Below, one piece after another: positions 20,202-29,300 of a DNA stretch of 64,000 nucleotides (the first letter of the stretch is position 1; every line of letters begins with the position of its first letter). The notes under the pieces were generated by a model, which saw nothing but the letters and a program-made list of their open reading frames with translations, was not told the origin of the DNA and searched no databases. Position numbers and translations under genes: made by a program. Origin of the DNA: Desulfuromonadales bacterium. GTDB lineage: Bacteria; Desulfobacterota; JAENJC01. The stretch spans positions 11,871 through 75,870 of the forward strand of contig CAKKSC010000009.1 of NCBI GenBank assembly GCA_919902985.1. The letters are read 5' to 3'.

Positions 20202-20645
20202 TCATCCAATAATAATCACTTCTGTGTCATCAGGCATCCCTGCCCTTTCAAATTCTTTTTTTACAGAATCTGCCGCTATTTCAGTTGAAAAGAGGGATGA
20301 GCCTGGAATGGTTATGGCAAATCTATGGAACTTCAACTTTGCAATGGATCCGACAAATGTTGTCAGAAGTCCCTGAAACCTCTTGCCGTCAAAGGCCTTG
20401 CTTTCGCCAAGACCGAACAGAAGCAACCTCGGAGATAATATGCGGCCATCCGTAGACATAATGAGAGATTCCCCCTCTCTGCCGCACAAGGTTTCATTGA
20501 TGATCAACCTTGACAGCGCTCCATTCATCCGCCAGTCGGCCAGTCCGGCCACTCCTCTCAAGGGTCTTTCATCTTCAAAAAATGTCAGGGCCACGATATC
20601 AGCTTCAATTTTATCGACTGGAACTGAAGTGTTATGTACTATCAT
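20202..20645 (-). CDS. Hypothetical protein resembling a stand-alone M17 aminopeptidase N-terminal domain
   Basis: 147-aa ORF: ..ADIVALTFFED.RPL.G.AGL.DWR.NG.LSRLI......G..GE.L....... ..LLLFGLG.. pattern. The assignment is weak. Confidence 0.35.
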   Translation of the reverse strand: MIVHNTSVPVDKIEADIVALTFFEDERPLRGVAGLADWRMNGALSRLIINETLCGREGESLIMSTDGRILSPRLLLFGLGESKAFDGKRFQGLLTTFVGSIAKLKFHRFAITIPGSSLFSTEIAADSVKKEFERAGMPDDTEVIIIG

Positions 20646-20687
20646 TAAATATTACCTTAAGAGTTGACGCTGTTGCATCTGGGAGAT

Positions 20688-21137
20688 TCACTTATCAACT
20701 TTGTGTCTTTGCGGCAAAGATGATATTTTCCCTGCTATCTTGTCCAGAATGCCGTTTATAAATGCCCCGGAGTCCTCCGAGCCAAATTTCTTCCCCACAT
20801 CTATCGCCTCATTTATGGTAACCGTAGTCGGGATATCATCCCTGTACAGCATCTCATAAACAGCCATTCTCAGGACATTCCTGTCCACTACAGGCATCCT
20901 GCTCAACCTCCAGTTGGAGGAGGTCTCTTCTACAAACCTGTCAATCTCCTCATGATGTACAAAAGCGCCCCTTACAAGCTCCTCGCAAAAATCCCTGGTA
21001 TCCTCAGAAGGCAACTCTTCCTGGGTCTTCCAGAAGGCCTTGATCGCCTCATCCACTCCGGTCTTGACCAAGTCAAGCTGGAACAGGATCTGGAGGGCGA
21101 GCTCACGCCCCTTTCGCCGACTACTCATCTTTTCCAC
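20688..21137 (-). CDS. nusB: Transcription antitermination factor NusB
   Basis: RRKGRELALQILFQ.D..., ..NW.L.RM..VDRN.LR.A.YE.... ..P..V.INEAI...K.F. Confidence 0.93.
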   Translation of the reverse strand: MEKMSSRRKGRELALQILFQLDLVKTGVDEAIKAFWKTQEELPSEDTRDFCEELVRGAFVHHEEIDRFVEETSSNWRLSRMPVVDRNVLRMAVYEMLYRDDIPTTVTINEAIDVGKKFGSEDSGAFINGILDKIAGKISSLPQRHKVDK

Positions 21138-21226
21138 TAATAATAGAGGCTGAGAGGTTAGGAAGGTTAGAGGTTGAGATTTCTTGTCTCAGCTTCTCAT
21201 CTTCTAAACTTCCTATCTTCTTTCGT

Positions 21227-22309
21227 TTATAGGTACTTTTCAATCAGGATCTCCGCAATCTGAACCGCATTCAATGCGGCCCCTTTTCTTATGTTGTCCG
21301 CCACAATCCACATGTTTATGCCGTTCTTAATCGACTCGTCCTCCCTTATCCTTCCCACAAAGGTCTCATCGCAACCAGCAGCATCAATTGGCATAGGATA
21401 AGCCTTCTTTGCCGGGTCATCCAGAACCTTCACACCAGGGGCCTTTTTCAGTATCTTTTTTACCTCATCAGCCGTGATCTTTTTGGCAGTCTCGATATTT
21501 ACAGACTCGGAATGAGAGTAGAACACTGGGACCCTGACCGTGGTGGCTGTGACCTTTATTGAGTCGTCCTCCATGATCTTCTTTGTCTCGTTCACCATCT
21601 TCATCTCTTCCTTGGTGTAGCCATTATCAAGAAAGGAGTCTATCTGGGGGATAAGGTTAAATGCTATTGGATGAGCGAAGACGGATGGCTCTGATTCCTT
21701 CCCGGTTAAGAAATCCGCAGTCTGGTATGCCAGCTCCTCCATCGCCTCCTTCCCTGCACCTGATGTGGCCTGGTATGTTGAAACAACAACCCTCTTTATC
21801 TTCGCTACGTCATGTATCGGCTTGAGCGCTACTACCATCTGTATTGTGGAGCAGTTCGGATTGGCGATTATCCCCTTCTTCTTATATCCGGCTATTGCAT
21901 GAGTATTCACCTCAGGGACGACAAGAGGAACGTCCTTGTCCATCCTGAACTGGCTTGTATTGTCTATAACAACGCAACCGGCCTTTGCAGCTATAGGCGC
22001 ATAAATCGCAGAGACCGAGGCACCAGGCGAAAACAGGGCGATATCAATCCCCTTAAAGGAGTCCTTCTTCAATTCCTCAACCTTTACCTTCTTGCCATTG
22101 AACTCCAGCTTGGTGCCGGCAGACCTTTCTGAGGCCAGGAGCTTCAGCTCATTTACCGGGAAACACCTCTCCTCGAGTATTTGAATCATCTCGGTGCCAA
22201 CCGCTCCGGTGGCCCCCACAACAGCCACATTAAAAAGCCTTTTCCCTTTTGATGCGGTCTTTTTCCCGGGAACAGCCTTTGTTTGTGCCTTCTTTTTCGT
22301 CACTGCCAT
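21227..22309 (-). CDS. asd: Aspartate-semialdehyde dehydrogenase with a Lys-rich N-terminal tail
   Basis: NVAVVGATGAVG Rossmann motif, ..IANPNCSTIQ.. active-site Cys, ..STYQA.SGAG... ATG 22309 is preceded by AGGAGG. It has a ~25-aa KKKAQTKAVPGKKTASKGK extension. Confidence 0.9.
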   Translation of the reverse strand: MAVTKKKAQTKAVPGKKTASKGKRLFNVAVVGATGAVGTEMIQILEERCFPVNELKLLASERSAGTKLEFNGKKVKVEELKKDSFKGIDIALFSPGASVSAIYAPIAAKAGCVVIDNTSQFRMDKDVPLVVPEVNTHAIAGYKKKGIIANPNCSTIQMVVALKPIHDVAKIKRVVVSTYQATSGAGKEAMEELAYQTADFLTGKESEPSVFAHPIAFNLIPQIDSFLDNGYTKEEMKMVNETKKIMEDDSIKVTATTVRVPVFYSHSESVNIETAKKITADEVKKILKKAPGVKVLDDPAKKAYPMPIDAAGCDETFVGRIREDESIKNGINMWIVADNIRKGAALNAVQIAEILIEKYL

Positions 22310-22509
22310 ATCGCCTCCTTCTGATCTCTCTTTAAACGTCGCAACGATGAGGATATTAGCAGGTTGAAGCGCAGATGACAAGTGATTTGTACCAGCTTGA
22401 CCTTTACATATTTCTGAAAGGATAATATACTCGCAGCCGGAGTGGCTGCTGCGGAAATGATGCAAGGATTGTGCTTGTGTCAGGCTCAGCGGACCCAACA
22501 AGGAAAATC

Positions 22510-23645
22510 ATGATAGAAGATGCCAGAAACAAGATAACAGAACTGATCGAGAGGTTCGACCGCAACTCCGAGGTCTACAGGGGCGGGAACTATAACGAGA
22601 CCCAGGTGAGGCGCGAGTTCATAGACCCGTTCTTTGATGCCCTCGGCTGGGATGTTGCCAATAAGGCAGGGTACGCCGAGCAGTACAAGGATGTGGTACA
22701 CGAGGATTCCATAAAGGTCGGGGTTTCGCTAAAGGCTCCGGATTATTCCTTCCGCATAGGAGGGCAGCGCAAGTTCTTCCTTGAGGCAAAGAAGCCGCAA
22801 GTAAAGATAAAGGAAGATGTAGGCCCTGCCTACCAGCTCCGGCGTTACGCATGGAGCGCCAAGCTCCCCCTCTCCATAGTCACAGATTTCGAAGAGTTCG
22901 CGGTATACGACTGCCGCGTAAAACCTGACCCCGGCGACAAGGTCAGCCTTGGCCGCATTGCTTATTACACCTATGACCAGTATATAGAGAAATTCGATGA
23001 GATATACGACACCTTCTCCAAGGAAGCCGTCCTTAAAGGGAGCTTTGACCGGTACATCGAGTCAACAAAGGCAAAGAAAGGGACTGGGGAGGTAGACAGG
23101 GAGTTCCTCAAGGAGATAGAAAAGTGGCGGGACTCCCTCGCCAGGAACCTCGCCCTCAGGAACCCTGAGCTTGACATATACGAGCTGAACTTCGCGGTCC
23201 AGCACACAATAGACAGGATCATATTCCTCCGTATCTGCGAGGACAGGGTATTGAAGGTTACGGCAGGCTCCAGGCCCTCCTTAACGGCGCAAGCGTATAT
23301 GAACGACTTTTGCACCTTTTCACCCAGGCGGACAAAAAGTACAACAGCGGCCTCTTCGACTTCAAGGCAGACAGGTTAAGCCATAACCTGAATATAGACG
23401 ACAAGGTATTAAAGGAGATAATAGAAAACCTCTATTATCCAAAATCCCCTTACGAATTCTCAGTCATAGGCGCGGACATCCTTGGAAACGTATATGAGCA
23501 GTTCCTCGGAAAGGTCATAAGGCTCACATCAGGGCATCAGGCAAAGGTAGAGGAGAAGCCGGAGGTAAAGAAGGCAGGCGGCGTCTATTACACCCCGCAG
23601 TATATAGTTGAGTATATCGTGAAGAATACGGTGGGGCGATTGGTG
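22510..23645 (+). pseudogene. Type IIG (Eco57I/MmeI-like) restriction-modification enzyme, frameshifted and 3'-truncated
   Basis: N-terminal PD-(D/E)xK nuclease (APDYSF..FFLEAKKP). The reading frame breaks in the G-run at 23246-23248: the +1 frame restores ..ICEDRGIEGYGRLQALLNG..LFTQADKKYNSGLF... Homology stops at ..IVKNTVGRL, before any methyltransferase motif. Confidence 0.75.
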
Positions 23646-23659
23646 GGCGATGGGGTTGG

Positions 23660-23783
23660 TATAGGGGCGGGGTTTAAACCCGTCCAAAATGATGTCGTAG
23701 GGGCGGCCCTGCGTGGCCGCCCTGATTTGACAATGGGGTAACCAGGGACAATAGGGAGGGCAACCACATAGGGTTGCCCCTAC
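23660..23783. repeat. Composite REP unit 5' of the RAYT gene
   Basis: GGGGCGGGGTTTAAACCC..CGTAGGGGCGGCCCTGCGTGGCCGCCC...GGGCAACCACATAGGGTTGCCCCTAC. By eye it is about 75 percent identical to the segment 24066-24164 inside the RAYT CDS. Confidence 0.8.
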
Positions 23784-23790
23784 AAGGAAA

Positions 23791-24390
23791 ATGACAAAAA
23801 ATAAATTCAACCCAGACATCCACCACCGTCGTTCCATCCGCCTCAATGATTACGATTATTCCCAGGCCGGTGCGTATTTCGTGACGGTGTGCAATCAAGG
23901 CCGGGAATCTTTGTTAGGCGAGGTTATGGATGGCGAAATGATTTTGAATGATGCTGGGAGAATGGCAGAACAATGGTGGCTGGAATTGAATAATAAATTT
24001 CCCGACATTGAAACAGATACATTTATGGTAATGCCAAACCATTTACATGGAATAATAATGATTGTGGGGGCGGGTTTGAAACCCACCCAAAACGACACCG
24101 TAGGGGCGGCCCTATGTGGCCGCCCTGGTTCTAAAGAAGGACAAACACTCAGGGTTGCCCCTACCTTGGGAACAATCATGGATTGGTATAAAACCATGAC
24201 GACCAATGAATACATCCGGCACGTCAAACAAGACAATTGGCTACCCTTCCCCGGCAAATTGTGGCAACGGAACTATCACGAACGCGTCATACGAAACGAG
24301 GAGGAATTGAACCGCATCAACGAATACATCATGTGTAATCCTGCGTTGTGGGCGGAGGATGAGGACAATCCTGTTAATATTAAAGAATAG
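23791..24390 (+). mobile_element. rayT: REP-associated tyrosine transposase (RAYT, IS200/IS605 Y1 family)
   Basis: 199-aa ORF: HHRRSIRL.DYDYSQAGAYFVT.C, HUH motif MPNHLHGII, catalytic Tyr region KLWQRNYHERVIRN. REP-like palindromes lie upstream and inside the CDS. Confidence 0.85.
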
Positions 24391-24443
24391 GTGATAGACC
24401 ACGAGGCGACCCGCCGGATCGCCCCTACATATATGAAAAACCT

Positions 24444-24566
24444 AAACTCCTCCCAACCTCCTCTTTAATAAAGAGGAGGAGTAAAAGAAAGAGGCTTCCC
24501 CTCTTTGCTAAAGAGGGGATAAGAGGGGAGTTGATTTTAAGAGGGGGTGCCGAAGGTGGGGGCGTT
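24444..24566. repeat. Cluster of three family-B-like hairpins (CCTCTTTA..TAAAGAGG)
   Basis: CCTCCTCTTTAATAAAGAGGAGG; CCCCTCTTTGCTAAAGAGGGG; TTAAGAGGGGGTGCCGAAGGTGGGGGCGTT. Confidence 0.75.
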
Positions 24567-24587
24567 TGAAGGCAATATGGAGAAGAA

Positions 24588-25241
24588 GTGAAAAAGACCG
24601 GACGATACAGCACATCCAATTTGGTTGAAGACCAGTTCGAGCCAGGATCGAATGGTCGAGTTTTACAAAACCTACTGGGGATTACGAGCAAAAGGGAGAT
24701 GGATAGAATTGAGACAGCGGCATACATGCATGTTACGGATAAGCTTATTGAGGAGTACGATAGAGGGCATCGTTTCACGTCCTCAGATATATGTTATATG
24801 CATAAACAGTGGCTGGGTTCCATCTATAAATGGGCCGGCTGTTATCGCAATGTTATGATGAATAAAAGGGATTTTCCATTCGCATCGCCTGCTTATATCC
24901 CAAGGTTGATGGAGGATTTTGAAAGAGATATCCTCCACCAATATACTCCATGTACCTTTGATGCAACAGAAAAGGTGATAGAGGCTCTTGCAACCGTGCA
25001 TACTAAATTGGTATTAATTCACCCTTTCCGTGAGGGCAACGGTAGGATTGCCCGCTTGCTCTCGGTTTTAATGGCCTTTCAGGCCGAACTTCCATATCTG
25101 GATTTTAGTAGTATTCAACGAAAGAAGAAAGAGGAATATTTTGCTGCAGTAAGGGCAGGGCTCGATCGTAATTACAAACCAATGGAAAAGGTCTTTAGCG
25201 AGGTGATTTCCCGGACTTCGAAGAAGTATAAACAGAACTGA
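24588..25241 (+). CDS. fic: Fic-domain protein (class I FicT/VbhT-like AMP-transferase toxin)
   Basis: Fic active-site motif HPFREGNGRIARLL. The upstream region (..VLQNLLGI......E....) resembles FicT-type proteins. No internal [ST]xxxE[GN] motif was seen. GTG start with GGAG RBS. Confidence 0.85.
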   Translation: MKKTGRYSTSNLVEDQFEPGSNGRVLQNLLGITSKREMDRIETAAYMHVTDKLIEEYDRGHRFTSSDICYMHKQWLGSIYKWAGCYRNVMMNKRDFPFASPAYIPRLMEDFERDILHQYTPCTFDATEKVIEALATVHTKLVLIHPFREGNGRIARLLSVLMAFQAELPYLDFSSIQRKKKEEYFAAVRAGLDRNYKPMEKVFSEVISRTSKKYKQN

Positions 25242-25398
25242 CGTTCTTGGTCTTTTCTTCAATATCTGTTTTTGTTGCAAGCATCACACGTATGCCTTCA
25301 ATTGCAGATGAAGATGTGACAAATGTTATAAGACCAGCTTTACGTTTTTCAGGGTCTTTCAGGAAAGGGTTGGTTTCACTTAATGGTTTCCTTTGCAT
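25195..25398 (-). CDS. Small protein with a Fic-inhibitory [S/T]xxxE[G/N] motif (putative class I Fic antitoxin)
   Basis: 67 aa from ATG 25398: MQRKPLSETNPFLKDPEKRKAGLITFVTSSSAIEGI.., where SSAIEG matches SxxxEG. It is convergent with fic and overlaps its 3' end by 47 nt. Confidence 0.5.
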   Translation of the reverse strand: MQRKPLSETNPFLKDPEKRKAGLITFVTSSSAIEGIRVMLATKTDIEEKTKNVSSVYTSSKSGKSPR

Positions 25399-25586
25399 AA
25401 AGTAATTATACACTAAGAATGTAAGCAATTCATCAATAATTATTAGCGCCAGACAAAGATCACGGACGATCAGATAGCCCGGCTTGTTTAATAGCTTTAC
25501 GGGTTGATGGAGGAGGAGAGATGGTTCCTGCTTGATTAATCCCCAAAATTATGTAAAATATGATTATCATATTTTAAGGAGACTCT

Positions 25587-25868
25587 ATGGAAAAGATCAT
25601 TCAGGCCACAGAAGCAGTCCGGCAGTTCTCCGATATATTGAACACTATTAAGTTCAAGGGAGACCATTACATCATCCAAAGGGGCGGAAAGCCTGTAGCC
25701 TTTATGGGGCCGGTGGAAGAGGTCAGGAAGGAGCGTACCATCGGGGAACTCAAAACTCTGCTTGACCGACTACCAAGGCTTGGCAAGGAGGCGGAGGGCT
25801 TTGAGAAGGATATAGAGGAGATCAGGGGCCACCAGCCAAATCTTCCCGTAGGTGAATCGTGGGAATAA
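25587..25868 (+). CDS. Type II antitoxin, Phd/YefM family
   Basis: 93-aa ORF: ..ATEAVRQFSDILNTIKFKGDHYIIQRGGKPVAF... Its end overlaps the downstream PIN toxin start. Confidence 0.75.
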   Translation: MEKIIQATEAVRQFSDILNTIKFKGDHYIIQRGGKPVAFMGPVEEVRKERTIGELKTLLDRLPRLGKEAEGFEKDIEEIRGHQPNLPVGESWE

Positions 25869-26260
25869 TCCTCGACACAGGCATCCTGATTGCTTATGAA
25901 CGCGGCAACCTGGATATTGACAAGCTTGTAAAAGACAATGCAGATGAACCATTCGGGTTAAGCGCGATAACTGTCTCGGAGCTTTTGCACGGCGTCCACC
26001 GGGCCGACTCCGAAAGCAGGAAGCTTAAGAGAGAGGCCTTTGTCCAGAAGGTGATAGATACTTTCCCTATCTATCCGTTCGATATTTCAGCGGCAAGGAT
26101 ATATGCCGACGTCTGGGCAAGCCTTCTTAAAAAAGGCGTTCCCATAGGCGCCCACGACCTGCTAATAGCCGCAACGGCCATATCGCTTGGGTTTTCTGTG
26201 GCGACCCATAATGTAAGGGACTTTAATAAGATCAAAGGGCTGACGTTGAAGGTTGTTTAA
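25859..26260 (+). CDS. vapC: PIN-domain ribonuclease toxin VapC
   Basis: 133-aa ORF: ILDTGILIA (first acidic residue), ..SAITVSELL.G.., ..AHDLLIAATA... GTG start overlaps the antitoxin stop. Confidence 0.85.
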   Translation: MGIILDTGILIAYERGNLDIDKLVKDNADEPFGLSAITVSELLHGVHRADSESRKLKREAFVQKVIDTFPIYPFDISAARIYADVWASLLKKGVPIGAHDLLIAATAISLGFSVATHNVRDFNKIKGLTLKVV

Positions 26261-26302
26261 TGGCAGGGGCATCTCCCTCCTAGGTTGTTTATGAGGTTTT
26301 GA

Positions 26303-29300
26303 TTGATCCGTAAGATAAGAAAACATTTTTTAAAGCTCTTTTTTGTAGCCATCCTGCTAACTGTGACCATCCTCTTCTTCTTTTTGAGGAGCGACTTTGT
26401 GGGGGATAAGGTCTACCATTATACCCTCGCGTACCTTGAAGACAGGCTTAAGAGCAGGGTAGTGATTGGGAAGCCGGAGATCAACTGGCTGCGTGGAGTT
26501 ATTTATATTAAAGATGTATCCATCAGGCCGGACTTCGGCAGGGAAAAGAAGGAATTTGTCACGGCAAAAGGCGTTCGTATCTCATTTTTACCGTGGTGGA
26601 ATGTCTTGAAGATGGAGATAGGGATCAGGTCTATTCAGGTAGAGGAACCGACTGTTTATCTCAGGGTTGAAAAAGGGAAGATCTCCAACCTCCCATCCTT
26701 TGATTTTTTAAAGGGGGAGAAGGGATTTTTCAGATTTAACCTGAGAGAGGTCGCTATCTCAAATGGGAACGTGGCTTTGAGTTATCCTGAAAAGCCTGCT
26801 GAAGTTGCTCTTAGCGGGATAGATATGAAGATAAGGCCTGATATTGATAAGGGGCATTTCGGTTTTCTCCTCGCAAACTCTGAGGCCGATATCATGGTCA
26901 AGGAGTTCAACCATAAGATACTATCGCTGAAGGGTGATTTCAGGATCACCCCGGAGAACCTGACAATAATAAACAGCACATTCCTCTTGTCTGAGGGGAA
27001 TCTCTCTTTGGAAGGTCTTTATCTGGAGTTCGCTACTTCAAGGTGGGAGACAAAGGTTTCATCAGAACTGGATCTTGATGCTGCGAGAAGTATGGCCAGT
27101 GGTCAGTGGCCGGTGGTCAGTGAAAAGGTCAAGGATTTGAAAGGTAAAGTCAACCTTTCGGCAGTCATGAAAGGGGACAGGGGCGGTTTTGAAGTCAAGG
27201 GACTGGCAAAGGCAGGGGAGATAGAACTGGATGGTTTTAATATAAGGGAGACAACATCAGGCTTTTCAAGCAAGGGAGGATGGGGTTCACTAAAAGAGTC
27301 TCCATTTGAGATTGAGCTAAGCTCAAAGATACCGGTAGAACTGGCGAGGCATTATGTCAAGCAGGTTCCAGATATTAAAGGGGTTGCAGATGTCCATATA
27401 AAGTGTTCGGTGGCCGGTGGTCAGTGGTCAGTTGAAAAGCAAAAAATAAAGATTGAAGGGGATGTGGCTTCTCAGCGCATTGAAGTGGGAAGAATGCTGA
27501 TGAACAAGGTCACTGCTAAACTTAAGGCTGACGAGAAAAAGCTACACATAGAAGATTTTACTGCTGACCTGTTGGGTGGAAGTTTGAAGGGCGCCTTAGA
27601 CTTTGCTCTGACAGATGATAAGAGGTTTAGCGGCCAGGTTACAATCAAGGATATGCAATTTAATGACCTTGGCAAACTCCGTCCATTGAACAATGCTCCC
27701 CAGGCAGTGCTTGCCGGTGGGGTTTCAGGGGATGTGACCGTCACAGGAAGCATCTCCCCGGAGTTGACAATTGATGGCGGTTCTACTATGCAGGTCAGGG
27801 ACCTGGACATCGCCAGCGGCTCATTCTCAACAAAGATCCCGGCCGCCAACCTGAAGACCCGGATATCGTACGCTGGCGGTGTTACAACGATAAAATCCCT
27901 GGAGATAGGAACCCCCTCCTCTGCCGCATCGGTTTCAGGAGAGGTGTCTGATGGGAACCTTTCATTGGACATGTATATTAACAGTTCAGACTTAAATGAG
28001 CTTACCGGGCATGTAATCAGAGGGGCAGGGAAGGTGAAGGCAAGGGTAAACGGGAATATTCACACCCCCTCTGTGTATGGGAATATTAGTCTTAGTGAGG
28101 TGTTCTGGAATGGATACAATGTCGATACAGTTTCCGGGAATATCGGGCTTAAAGAGCAGGCCCTGACATCAACAGGGCTTTTGCTTAGACATGGAAGTTC
28201 TGAGATGTTTCTTAAGGGAGAGCTCTCCCTTGCGAAGGAATCTCCATGGTTAAATGCGGTCGTTGAAATGAAAAAAGGACGCCTGGAGGACATTTCTTCT
28301 ATGACCGGCATAGATCTGCTGGCAAAGGGGAACGTTTCATTGACCGGAAGGTTGAAGGGTGAGATACGGTCGCTCCATGGCGATATTGGCATAGAAGGCT
28401 CGGGAATGACTGTTGGGGGCGAAGATATTGATGAATTCAGCCTCACCGGTAGGCTGGAGAAGGGAAGGCTCCTACTGCAAAAGGTCGATATTTCAAAGGG
28501 TAACGATAAAGTTGCTATTAATGGAAGTATAGATACCAACGGGGAAATGCATCTGACTCTTTCATCTTCCCCTCTTGTGCTAGGAAATCTCACGTTCGTA
28601 AAGAGGAATAAGGTCCCAGTAGACGGTACCCTGGAATTAAAAGGAGATATCTCAGGGAATATGAGAAACCCTTCATTCCATGGATGGGGCGTTTTTAATG
28701 ATGCAGGGTACCGGAACATAAATCTTGGTAGCGGTACTCTGGAACTGTCTGTATCTGACAGGGTGCTTAATGTATCTGGGCCCCTATTTGGCGTAGATGT
28801 AACCGGGGGAATGATGCTTCAGGGGAGCAATCCATTCCATCTGACCTTTGCTGCTAAAGACCTTTCACTAAACTCTTATTTCAAGGGGAATGCCGGCCTC
28901 GAAGACCTCACAGGGGTTTTATCAGGGACATTAAAGTCAGAGGGAGAACTTTCCACTCTTAATGAAGTCTCAGCAAAAGGTCAAATATCAAGGCTTCAGG
29001 TGGAAAGAGGCCCCTTCCTGTTAGAAAACGGGAAGGATATCGAGGTCGAACTGAGGAATGGTAAGATAATCTTTAACTCCTTTCACTTAAGCGGCAAGGG
29101 GACTGAACTCCATACATCCGGGTGGATAGGGATGGACGGGGAAACCAATCTCCTTATCAACGGGAATCTTGACCTCTATCTTTTACAGATATTTACGAAG
29201 GCGATAGAAAAAGGAGAAGGTGTCGCTGATGTAAAACTGGCCATCTCAGGGAAACCACCGAAGATAGAAGGAACGCTCGTTGTCAGGGATGGGGTGATAG

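Noticed and set aside
23240-23320. Programmed frameshift or phase-variable G-run in the type IIG RM gene
   Set aside because: The run is only three G residues, and the gene lacks its whole methylase/TRD part regardless of frame. A decayed pseudogene, or a local sequencing error on top of the truncation, is more parsimonious than recoding.
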